Assembly: GCA_040954595.2 (NCBI GenBank)
Contig: CM082597.2
Coordinates: 2,838,265 to 2,902,264 of the forward strand
DNA: 64,000 bases
From: Balanoglossus misakiensis
Lineage: Eukaryota; Animalia; Hemichordata
Direction: 5' to 3'
In this document: positions 37,101 to 49,200 of the stretch, piece after piece
Layout of the letters: every line of letters begins with the position of its first letter
How positions within the stretch are numbered: position 1 is the first letter of the stretch
Made by a program: the position numbers and the translations under genes
The notes under the pieces: generated by a model
Database searches by the model: none
Told to the model about the DNA's origin: nothing
What the model saw: only the letters and a program-made list of their open reading frames with translations

Positions 37101-40100
37101 TTTAATTAATTTCGGACAATAAATTAAGTTAACCTAAACTACGCTATCTATATCCATTAAGGCTCGTGGTTCACATTGGGTGGTTACAAAGGGCACGTAT
37201 GCCATAACTTTACTCTGTTTACTGTCAAAATGAACACCATAGAACCAGCAGGCAGTAAATTAACTTAAAATTACAGGGACACACGTGCGTAACTTGCCAT
37301 CTGTCTGTACGTGTGTGCTCGCGAGTGTGTGTGCGTGCCTATCTGCCTGCCTGTCTTCCTTTTAATTATTGTTCTTATTTTTATCGTTTATCTGTCTCTC
37401 TTTCTCCATCTTTCTTTCTGTTTCTCTGTGCCCACGGATTTCTCTCTCTCCCCTCTCTCCTTCCCACGCTCCTTCCTTCCATCTCTCAGTTAACAGAAAT
37501 AATAACTACGAGGAAATCGCTCCGGATGTACGGACAGGTAGATAGATATGTACATAATGCAGCTATCTTTTATGTTGTCCATACACCTTTAAAAACAATA
37601 TATTTGGAAGAAAGCAAGATGGCGCAATACATGTGTACTTCCATAAAAGTAAATCTGTTAACATATAAACAGTTACAACTATTGCATCAACAAGGAGAAA
37701 AGTTGCAGATTTATCCTAATGAAAACAATTGAAATATGCTATAATTGCAGTGCATTAGTGAATCTCACGTTCTGCACTGTTATATTTTAAGATCCACCAC
37801 CTGTGATCAATTCCCCACCAGAAGAAATCCCATTGGCCGACGAGCACGCATATGACGATGCTTCAAGCACGGATATAATCTGTGATCAGGTTGGTAGATT
37901 ACAGTGTTTTTCTCTTTGTCTGTGGTTTAATTTGCAATCTGCCAAAAATACATTGTACTAGTGAACATACATGTAAGCATAATAACACTCAAAAATAGCT
38001 GTGTAAAATACGGATGCTTGTGTCACAATGGTGAAAGTAATTGGGATGGTATTCACAAACCCATAAGCGACCAATTAACCTCTCTGGCGATTCCGAATGT
38101 ATCAAACTACCCATAGAATAGTCCCGCCGATTCCGTCGACAAAGAAATTGATTATATTCTTTACAGCGCCATTTGCAGAGAGACACGGACAGTGTCGAAT
38201 ACACCAAGCCTGACATCATACCAGAACCGCCGTACATGCTACCAGGACAGGAGGTTTTCGAGGTGAAAAGAAACCAAACTTGTCTTAAGAAAACCATCTA
38301 CAATGGGAGGTTTTATGTCATTCACAAAGCAGAAGGTTGGTTCGTAGCTGGGAAGGATGGTTCAACTGTGGTGGCCATCAAATCGCCAAAAGGTATTTTT
38401 TTAGTTAAGTTGGTCTTTGCGATACTTTGTCGAGGGGCTTGTCCTTTTTCTTGTAAACATGACAGGTTTATATTTTTGTAACAAGCGGCATTAATTGTAC
38501 TTCTTCTGTTTAAAAAATTGCAGATTTGAACAGCGAGGCCAGTCTGAGAAAGGAAATCGAGATGTTAACATCAATGACGTCACACCGAAATATTGTCAAG
38601 CTTCTAGCAACTTGTACAGAACCAGGTATGTACAGGAGGTTGAGAATGCATCCGTGTTGTCATTTCCACCAAGATTTTTCCAACCAAAATAGGACATTGT
38701 TTTTAATTGATGATTAAGTGTTACATATATGCTTTCCAAATTAGTAACTTTGACGCAAAGAAATGGAAACGACACCACTAAACACAAGAGCTCATCCTCA
38801 CCGTCGTTTGATTCCTCAACAGGATGTCCGCCATATTTGATAATGGAGTATAGTGCACGTGGCAATCTGAAAACCTTCCTCTCTGGATCTCAACAGACCA
38901 TTGTATCTATCAATGATCAACAAGCCTCGCTTGTCAGCTTTGCTTTGGACGTCGCGAAGGGTTTGAAATATCTGTCCAGTCAGAAGGTAAACTATAATAA
39001 ATAAACACTACAGATTGGATAAAAGATGCCAGGGGTATATTTAGCTTAGTAATGAACTTTTTTTCAATGAAAAAAATGCCCTTTTAGATTCTTCACAGGA
39101 GCCTTTCTGCGAGACATGTTTTAGTATTCGGAGAACAAGGAGCCACGCTATGGACGTGTAAAATATCTAACCTCAGTTATGCTACTACAGTCAACGACCC
39201 AGGAACGTACGAAGCAATGGAGGTGAGTCTATCGAGAAGTGTGTCGAGCATGAGTGATGTGAAGATCGTAGTTGTAAATTAAGATCTTGAGCATTTCCTT
39301 TCGAGAATCGCCAACATGATTCTTAACTTATATGTTCTTTAGTAGAATATTACATCCTGCCAATTGACATAGATTGTTGTTAGCTAACAACAATAAACTG
39401 TTGGTTTTATCACTTCTCAAGAGGAAACCGAAACACCAATGGACTGCAATAGAAATTCTGATGAATGAGGAGTTCAGTCCAGCCAGTGACGTGTGGTCCT
39501 TTGGTGTAGTCTTGTGGGAAATATATACATTTGGTAAGTTTACACATATACCCACTCTCTGAAAGAGGAAATACGTGGACTTCCGGCAAAAAAGACCAGG
39601 AAGTGATGTCAGTTGTTTCAAAATAGTAAGCGTTGCCTGCCCACACTTGACACTGGCTAAATATCAGTCTCTAAGTCTCGTTTGTATCAGAAAGCAACAT
39701 TGACTGTAACAACAAGGCTATTACATATTCCTGCTCCGTACATTTAGTGTACATATACATATATTTTCGCAGGCAAAATCCCATACCAGGGCTTCAACCA
39801 AAATGATTATTTGGATGAAATGTCAAGAGGACGTCGATTGACGAGACCAGGAAAATGTCCGCAAAACATGTAAGATAATTTTAAATATTTTATTTTGGCC
39901 AAATGGAAGTGAGGTTTTGACCTCCATGTATGTTTTCAATCCAGTTACAATTTAACATAAACCGAGCTTAGTTTGCATTAATGTGGCAAAAAACTTCTAC
40001 ATTAAAATGTCGTACATTAGTTTTCCTGTATTCGTTTATCTGTAGCTACACCTTGATGTTATCATGTTGGAAAACTGTGCCCGAAAGGCGACCAACAATA

Positions 40101-40136
40101 GACGATGTCGTGCACGAGTTAGATGTCCCTAAATGA
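31178..40136 (+). CDS. Receptor tyrosine pseudokinase: signal peptide, 6 Ig domains, 1 FN3, TM, degenerate TK domain
   Basis: Exons: 31178-31253 (signal peptide); 31914-32243, 32382-32765, 32954-33241, 33407-33694, 33958-34221, 34442-34741 (Ig, phase 1); 35506-35778 (FN3); 36172-36303 ([29 protein letters not shown]); 37792-37889; kinase exons 38167-38392, 38524-38625, 38824-38986, 39088-39222, 39422-39533, 39773-39869, 40046-40136. Kinase motifs seen: [53 protein letters not shown]. Confidence 0.88.
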
Positions 40137-41523
40137 CGCAATTCTGAATTTTATGTATTCCGCCGCAAAGGTGAAAATACCTTCAAACGCCATGCGAAAT
40201 TATCAGAGATTTTTTCAACTTCCAGTTTTCCTTCCTTCATTTAAAATTTTCTGGCTAGTAGTCAGCTTATTTGGGATCCTCAAATTGCCGATGCGGTCTC
40301 CGTGACCCCTAAGCAAGAAGACCAATGAACTTTCCCACTATGACCCAAATTTGCATAACAATAGTTGTATAACTTAGCCAATAAACGACAATCTCGGGGG
40401 TTGCGTCAAAACTGCCGCATCACCGTACTAGATATCAAGACGCCTGTATTATAACTGGAGACCATAATCGATACATGTACTTAAGCAAAAGAAGAAATAC
40501 ACAGAATGGTTTATTTTTATAAGAACCCCACGCTTGTGATGGATATATTTTAGTTTCAATGTTTACATGGATTTTGTATTTAATTAAGATAAATTTATAG
40601 ATGATATGGACATGAAATGCCCCTTTTCTGAATTTTACCAATAATGCTTATTAAATGTACACTGCCGATTCAAGACTTTTTATGTATCTTCATTAATCCA
40701 TATACTATTAGTTTCTGGTGATTCATTATGTAGAAGTTAATGTTGTTTGTAGTTACTGTGAAGTGTTATGTTAATTCAGTTCATTTGTCTCTGCTGACAA
40801 TATTTTGCATCATTTAGCGTCCAGCTGGACTGAATCTTAGTAGTTTTTACAAGTGATAGTTAGTCATGGTAATGATTTGAAATTGAGATTTTCTGCTTTT
40901 ATACAGACAGAAATAATTCAATATCGGAGGCAGATAACGGATTACAGGCTATTAGGTGCAGATTTGGATTCAGCCTGGTAGATTCAACCAATGAGGGAAT
41001 TAAAGGTTCTAAAATAATAATAAACCCAACTATTATTTTAATAACACACATATACTCTTTTGAAAGTATCATAAGAATTTTAATAAATTTTATATAACTA
41101 AGTACAAGGCACTTAGAGTCTTATTTGAACACAAATTTAAATTTCCACTGGGGCGGCTTGTTCGATCGTCTTCACTGAAAAATGCCCATACCAATGACTG
41201 TGCTTCAAAAATCTGAAATTATATAATATACAACAAAAACGAAATTTTATTATTTATCTATTTGTTGATGAATATATAAATCGTACACACTGATATATAT
41301 CAACACGGTGTAACAGACAACCGAGAGTTGGGGAGGTAACACGTCATTAACATTACACAATCACGAAGTAGGTAAAAAATAGGGTTGGTGTATGACAAGG
41401 ACATGTAAATAGAAAAATCCAGCATATACCCTTGTGTGATATTCATTAAAAATTAGTGTACCCTAATATGTTAGCAATAAGGTAATTAGGAATGGAAAAG
41501 AATCTTACCAGAAGTTTTAATTC

Positions 41524-42493
41524 TTAGAAGTATAAGAATACTAGTTGTATCAATAATAGCGTGGCAATGAGTTGCATTGGGGTGCCACTTCTCCCTGCCG
41601 ACGAATGAGGGTCTGGATCTACGGAGGAGGCGTAAAAATACACAGATGAGAGTGGTGCAGATAACGTGTAAAATTAAAGCAGCTAGGATGCAAGAAAGGT
41701 TGACTAAATCCAGTGTATCCCAATTTATAATCGCCACATGAATGATAAACAATGGACAAATGTATCATATATGGCATAGAAACAATGTGGTCTCATGTTC
41801 TGCTAAATCATTTGTCAGAAATAAGGGAAAATATAGTATTCAGGTAGATGTCATGTATTAGGACTATACCACATATCTAAATTGCCATGACTAAAAAGAA
41901 AAATCCAAGGAGCACCATCACTGGAAAAGTTTCATGTAAAGCGATAAAGATGACTACAACAAACGAGCTTACCTATCACAGTTACATTGTAGTACGCTTG
42001 GCGTTGAGGAGTTGATTCTACGTGGAGACACTTAAATATATCATCATCCATCATGGTGACATTCTCTATCAGTAAATTAAATATTCCTCGTGAATTGTCT
42101 CCGACGAGCAAGTAACCATCAAACACACTTCCTCCGTTGTCTGTTATTTGGAGGTCTCCTCTAAACCATCTTGCCACAGGATTGTAGAGGGGGTTGATTG
42201 TACAATTTAAGGTGAGGGGCTGTCCAATTTCTACCTCTAAATATTGGGGTGCCTGTGCTAATATTCCTAAGAACAAAAAGAAATAGCCTTCATTAAAGTT
42301 TCAAGATGCCGACCATCAGCGAATTGCTATGTTGGGTAAAGCCAACGTTGACCTGAAGATTTCATTTGCTGTGTATCAGAACTTTATGTCTCAACCTAAT
42401 CGTAACCGTAATTAAAAACAACAACTTAATAATACCTTGTAAGTTGCATGCCATAAGTAGAATACCAAATATCATTGCTGCCCGTCCACTCAT
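41524..42493 (-). CDS. Small GPI-anchored single Ig-domain protein (Thy-1-like architecture), 148 aa, 3 exons
   Basis: Exon 1 (42493-42436) reads MSGRAAMIFGILLMACNLQ(G). Exon 2 (42266-41973) is an Ig domain (LNCTI..ARWFR..FNLLIENVTMMDDDIFKC..YYNVTVI). Exon 3 (41618-41524) reads DPDPHSSAGRSGTPMQLIATLLLIQLVFLYF*. Both introns are phase-1 GT-AG. Confidence 0.78.
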
Positions 42494-42990
42494 TGCTCCG
42501 ATAATGCCCAATCGATCGACGTGCACTGTCCCGTGGTGGCAGGTCAGAGTTCAACCCTGCGTCACATTTTACATGTGGCGCGATGAGAGGGTACAAGCAA
42601 CACAAAATAAAACAAGCAACCATTCAGTCGGCTGCAGTTCAGTTAATGTAAATGCACGAATAATAAAATAATTGAGGAGACGGTCAACACCACCGAGGGA
42701 ATTTTGTTTAATTATTATATCGTAGTTTATTGGTCGTTTAATTGGATACGACAACACAACACATAACACAAACACTGTTGTTTTTAGGTTGATTTTTTGT
42801 GGCACACAGGAACTTGAGGAAGTGAGTCACAGTAGGTGGAGTATAGGTATTTTAGGATTCTTCCAAACAAAGCTGTATCTCCCAATGTCCATTGTATCTG
42901 TGCATAGACCAGAACAAACCACGCACAAACTGGCGCTGACTGTATTCGATAACAAATGAAGGCGGGCCGGTTGTCTGATTTTGTTACTCT

Positions 42991-43683
42991 TTAGTCTATT
43001 TTGTGTGTAAGTCCAGGTTTCATAGGATAGTCTATCACCGACACCGTGATCCCGAATTGAGCAATGTAGTACGTTGCCATGACAATCGCGTTGCGAAATG
43101 GGACATCATGACGAAATTTATGAATACCAATGACGAAATCGGAAATGCAAAAAGAGAGAGCGCCCACGACGCACATGCATTGTGCCCAAGTCCATTTTCC
43201 TTCAAACACGTGACACCTGGCCAGCGCCCTCCACGCCATAATCGCCACAAGGCCAATGTAGACGGCAACAATCACGACCATGACGTCATGGAGACCCGGG
43301 TACAGGTATGCATACATGGATGACGCGGTGACCGAGCTGAAAATTAGCGCTGCTGGTTTCAGACCTCTAAAACCAAATGTGACTATGTAGATTATGTGAG
43401 CCACAGAGAATGTAGCGATGGCGTGGTAGAAGTGCGTCTTCTTGTACACCATACAACAATCGCCAACGGTGGATACCGCCAGACCCAGCAAAATCCCCAA
43501 GGCATGATGAGACAGTGTACCGATAGTGACCACGTGTAGGATGACGAATAGTTTGAGCGTTACTAATGGCAACAGCTTCAACACGATGTACTCGTATGAG
43601 GGCGCTGCGTCGTGGTCAGCGAAGGTGAAGTATGTGAACACCGCACAAAGGAAGAACAGACTGCCTGATATCGGCGACCACAT
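42991..43683 (-). CDS. TMEM86A: Lysoplasmalogenase, TMEM86/YhhN family, single coding exon (230 aa)
   Basis: Multi-TM ORF with family motifs LKLLP, ILLGLAVSTVGD, FSVAHIIY, MAWRA, GALSFCISD, VMATYYIAQFGI. The ATG at 43683 follows a tttgcag splice acceptor. A non-coding upstream exon is likely near 44885-44950. Confidence 0.9.
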   Translation of the reverse strand: MWSPISGSLFFLCAVFTYFTFADHDAAPSYEYIVLKLLPLVTLKLFVILHVVTIGTLSHHALGILLGLAVSTVGDCCMVYKKTHFYHAIATFSVAHIIYIVTFGFRGLKPAALIFSSVTASSMYAYLYPGLHDVMVVIVAVYIGLVAIMAWRALARCHVFEGKWTWAQCMCVVGALSFCISDFVIGIHKFRHDVPFRNAIVMATYYIAQFGITVSVIDYPMKPGLTHKID

Positions 43684-45871
43684 TCTGCAAAGAATAAGAA
43701 ATTGGGTCTTGAGCAAACAATGTTTTGCTACTTTGTAGGACTCTCGCACAGTACACCTTTAGTGTCACTTTAATGGTTGCCAGGATCCCTGTCAACTTTT
43801 GAAGCCCACTTTTCATGACGTCACACGAACACAATTCGACAATGTTTATGTTTTTTTTTAACAAGAAGACATTAATATATTTTATTCTTATTTTTCTGCA
43901 TCATTACTTTCACTGTCGACATCTAGTAGGTCACTTTAGTTTTCAGGTGGTTGCGTTAACGAGAATGTTCTTTTTAATGTGTAGATGTTATTGGTGAAGC
44001 TGGCCTATTCTCGCACAAACAAGGTCATTTTGTAAAGGAACACAAATAAAATTAACATACTTAGTGATTGTGGTATACAGGACGGGTTGACCTGCCTGCC
44101 GCCAAGGTAGACCTACTTTTATTGAGCTGCAAACAAACAAAAGTGAAAGAAAATACGTCTCCACCTATAATATACAAAGCGAGTGTGAGCCGCAGGGTTA
44201 GGGACCTTAGACATTGGCTTTGTGTCACCTGCTTTCATGTGTTTTGTGAACTTTTTACATTCATTTTAGCCCGTAGTCCTCACTCTCTAGAACTGCTTTG
44301 ATGGGTTACACGCGTAATGAAACATAAACGCATAATTTATCATAACTCTACGAGTAAAAACGGGCGTCCACTTGCATTGGTCGTTACGGACACTCTGTCG
44401 TCACAGAAAAAAATTGACTTCGAATGTTGTGAAACCAGTTCGCCTGATAGACAGAGTACTAGTACCATCAGTATATGGTAACATTTAGATTGATCATTTG
44501 CACCAGATCAAGACTATAGTAAACTTCTGGGTTTCAATGTTTTCGACTGCTTAAAAGTGCGTTGGCAGACAAACATGACCGAAGCGTGACCCCTAATACG
44601 ACCCACTTCTCAGGTAAAGGACATGAATCATACTTATATATATTTAAATACCACTTTGCGACACTCCGCAAAATTTAAAAGTTCACGTCATCTTATTTTT
44701 GACCATAATGATAGAATTGTTTTTACAAAGTTACTTGACTTTTTATGGAACCAAACCACTCTTCACGATTCATTTTGGCACACATGCGTTATCTTATTAA
44801 AAGTTAATGTTTTTCGACTGAAATACTTTTCTTCTTCATATAGCAGTGCTATCATCATCTTACTTGGAAATTTTATTTTCTTACCTGTCAGCGTATCAAT
44901 CTAATGCCACCGCTCGTCACAAAGCCCGACAGCCTTGCATACACACAGTCCCACAAAGTCAACTTTGCCTTCTCTGGGTAAATATAAGTGGTTGTGGCGT
45001 GACGTCACATTCGGTCGTCTTAACACGCAGCCCAAAACGAAACAATGCGCACGACATTGTCCTCACACACACACACCCTACCTTGGAGGGTGAAACGTAA
45101 ACGATTTGACCATTTGTTTGATGGACAATGGACTATATATTCTTGCACAGACAGGCGCAGATTTAACACATCTACACCAATTTATCCAATAATCAGTCGA
45201 CGAATTTGCCTCATTGTGCGAAATTGGCCAAAACCGCCGCAATGACGACTGGATACAAATGAATATCCAACATTAAGAAATGATTCTGTTTGCCAAGAGA
45301 TCTTTCTGACTTAAAATCCCAACCTAAACGGTGTGTGACTCCACGATATTCGATTGAAGTACCCTTTGATGCAACCATGGATGTATGACTACCTTGATAC
45401 AACCTAGACAACACGATTTCTCAATTCAAGTTTACACGACTGGTGAACAACGCCCTCTACATGCCAAACAAATGAGTGAGGATGATTAGTAAGACTTTTT
45501 AAACCACGGACTAACCCACCTTTGTCTGAGGTTCTGCATCGCTAGTTTTCATTATTCGTCTATCGTTTTTAACGCAATAACCCCAGGTGACCTTTTACAA
45601 GTAATTGGGCCATTTACAAACGTTCTTTTATGTGAAATTTTGAGTCTATCGTGCGATGGACGAAATTATTTTAAAGTGATTGGTGATGTTCTCCTGCCAG
45701 TGATAACTAATGGCTGGCGAAGATGCTCGCCGACAACATTTGTGTGCGGAGAACGCTCTCTTCCCTCTCTGTCTTTCCTTTCCTCTCTCTCCATGCCTCT
45801 GCTTGTCAGTCTGTCTGTCTGTCTGTATGTCTTTGTCTATCTGTGTGTCTCTCTCCCTCTCTCTGCCTGTC

Positions 45872-45875
<4 letters not shown>

Positions 45876-45933
<58 letters not shown>
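45876..45933. repeat. (CT)n microsatellite
   Basis: About 29 perfect CT units preceded by a degenerate ctgt/ct tract. Confidence 0.95.
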
Positions 45934-45937
<4 letters not shown>

Positions 45938-46296
45938 ATTTTATTTATGTTCTCAATTCGAAGAGAATATTTCCGAAAGTTACAAGAGCTGCAACTCCCC
46001 GCGGGTGGTAATATCACTATCACTAATTTTCTTCAACAGACGGCGGCGAATGCGCGTGAAAGGCGATACGCGTTAACAGGGTCAACGCACCACCGACATG
46101 GTGACCTCCGGGATCCAATCACCCATATCCGGTATACGACTGTATTCGTGCACAACAACGAAGCGGCTATAAGCGGCTTGGTGGGAAAGTCAACACACCC
46201 ATGTTAGTACTGTGTACGCGAACTAAGCAGGTCGTTGTGTATGGTGGAAATTCAACGGATTTCAATAAGTATCCTGATAATTGAACTAGATTGAAA

Positions 46297-49200
46297 ATGA
46301 TGGATGTATGTGGGATAGCGACGGTGGGGATCTTCATTCTTGTTTCGGGTAAGTGGAGTATATGAAACCTTGAACAAACCTTAATCAAACACTCATTGAT
46401 GGCATGGCATGATTGCACGCCTGAATGAAAATGAAAGGCGGAAGATGTAAACAACGAAATCACAAACCTGGGGTAATGTAATGTAATGTGCTGTATCTCA
46501 TAAAGCTCAGTAGTTCAGCGGTTTCACTGAGTTTTACCAGACATCTGACAACCAAGTATTCGGTGCTAGCTGCCCGTCAAACGAAAAGGAGGGGCCATTT
46601 TACTCACCACACATTTTCATTGTCACCTTCCCTGGCAGTTTGTTTAGCTGTAGGTCAATCGCCTCTTTTGGACCTTGAGAACAAAATCTTCTTTAGTTTC
46701 AAAATTTTTGGTCAAAGTTGCCCACTATATTTATAAGTTTTATAGTGAGCTAGAGCTAAGTATAGCAAGAATTTTAAAATAGGTATTGAATAGCAAGCTC
46801 AATAACCAAAAGCGCTGTTGATGGACATAACTAGAAATGTATATACATGTACTAAGTAAAATATAGGTCGAAATCCTTGAGCTAAGCTGGAACTACCCCC
46901 GTGTTAGGAAAGCTTCACAGCTTCACTCAAATCAAGGTCACATGCAAATCACTCTTCACAAAAAACGAGTTTGAACCTTTTGACCGTAGTAGTACCATAT
47001 ACAGGAACACAGTCAAGGGGAACCCCGTTTATCTGAGACAAATAAACAGGCTTTTTTGTTAACCAGCATTCCTCGATCACCACAACCTTCAGAGTCCGAA
47101 TGAGGAGATCTTGATTTTCTACTTGTACAGATGACATGACCCAATGATGCACCACCGATTTGTATCTTTAATTACACTGATTTTAAGCTGAATTTTCACT
47201 GTTATTCAGGTTTGCCAGGTAACTTTAGCCAACCCATAGCTTCGGGACCGAGCAACATTGAACACATTGGCCAATCAGACTCAGTGTCTTTCAACTGCAC
47301 CGTGGAGTGGAGCAACGACAACACGGACTCGGTCGTGTGGGGAAAGTACGAAGGTGGTCGTTGGACACAGCTGGCACAGTTTTACCGTTCAGGATCCGTG
47401 CACTGGGTGCAGAAACATGAAAGCCGATACATGATTGAATCAGATCCACCACATAACTTCAATCAATTGACAGTGCTTAGTGCATCACTCGAAGAGGATG
47501 GCTACTATGACTGTTATCCGTATTCACAAGGGATACCTACAGTACCACATGCACAGTTGGTAGTTTTAGGTATTTATTGTATTGTATTGTATTGTATTGT
47601 ATCGTATCGTACTGTATAACAGTACATCACATTATTATACTGTACTGGTTTGTATTGCACTACATTACACTATATTTTTCCAAGAAAATGTTGTATCTAT
47701 ATTACACTTGCATTTCGATGACTTCGATCAAAAATGGTGAATATTGAACCTTTATCCCGGCAGATGAAATCGATTCACTTGAATTCATCGATCATGCTGA
47801 TGCCTCTGTCCTCACCGTCAACCAGGGTCAAGATTACCAAATAACATGCGAAGGGATCGCTGGGAACCCTCCAGCAGAACTGACGTGGACGATAGGTGGA
47901 AGCGACGTCACATCATACAGCACTAATTCCACCACACAGCACAATGACGTCACACTCTTCGATAGTCTGAGCACACTTCAGTATACATTCAGTTTATCGG
48001 AGGACAACTTAGAGTTGACATGCGTGGCATTTCAGTATGATTCTTTGCCAGTGAAAACAGCCAGCCTACGTCTGAATGTTGTTGGTGAGTTGTAATCTTA
48101 AGGGTCCTGGAAGATTGCTGTGGTTTTGGGCAATCATACTATCAAAATGAATGAATGAAAACTTTACTACAATATATTGCCACTTTACTATTTCTTTTTT
48201 CAGAGATAAGAAACGACACAACAGTTATTGGTCCCAGCAACATTGACGTCATCAGCGTGTCCGAATCGGCAACATTTTCTTGCAAAGTCAGCTGGGGGTC
48301 AAATCCATCAGACTTCGTCGTTTGGGCAAAGAGGGTGTATGATCACTGGGAGCAAATCTGTCAGTTCGATAGCAGTGGCTCTGTCAAGTGGGTGACGCAA
48401 TTTCAGTCGTCGTACGAGGTTGGTCCGTCAGATGAAGATCCCCACGTGTATGAACTGAGCGTGGTTTCTGCTACTTTGGACGAGGATGCAGAGTACGACT
48501 GTTACACTTACTCACACAGTGAACCAACCCCACCACATGCACGGTTGTTTGTTCTAGGTAAATTAGTTTGAATTATCCATGCAAGTGTTCTTCTAAACAA
48601 TTTCAACTTGAAAAGCGCTTATTAAAGACAGGAAAATGCCATACAATCTCTGTTAACATATATCTCAAAGACTGGTGTGAGGGCAGGTATGGGCTATTGC
48701 AAGTATGACTCTCAATCTGCAGGAACAAATCTGCGATATCAAAAGTGCACCTGTATGTCTCTCTCACCAAGCATATGTAGTTGAAAATATGTAAATATAT
48801 AGGTCTGCATTTCTTTGACAGATGAGATCGACACCATCCAAATTGCTGGGTACACAGCTGGTACATCCCTTACAGTTAACGCAAGTCAGACATACCAGAT
48901 GACATGCAATGCTATGGATGGGAGTCCTCCAGCCGAACTGACGTGGACTCTAGGCGACCAGGATGTGACCGAATCCAGCTCAGAGTCTGCTACGTTCGCA
49001 CAGAGTTCAGAACATCCAGGGCTAATCAACAGCCACAGTGTACTGGAGTACGCTTTCAATTCCACAGACAACTCACGGAATTTAAGCTGTCACTCGTTCC
49101 AACACAGAGCCCTTGGAAATAACAGTGTTGGACTGACACTAAATGTCCTGTGTAAGTGGTCTCGTCGACATCATTACTCTCACGTCAAATGAAACCAGAG

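Noticed and set aside
31178-40136. Calling the receptor PTK7, FGFR or Tie
   Set aside because: The ectodomain (6 Ig + FN3, no EGF repeats) and the degenerate motifs (HRS, NLS) match none of them, so no gene symbol is assigned.
41486-41752. 88-aa hydrophobic ORF as the TM exon of the Ig gene
   Set aside because: A better polypyrimidine acceptor at 41619 gives a phase-compatible exon in a different frame that encodes a GPI signal.
45640-46207. ORFs with SLSLSL/ERERER runs
   Set aside because: Translations of the (CT)n microsatellite.
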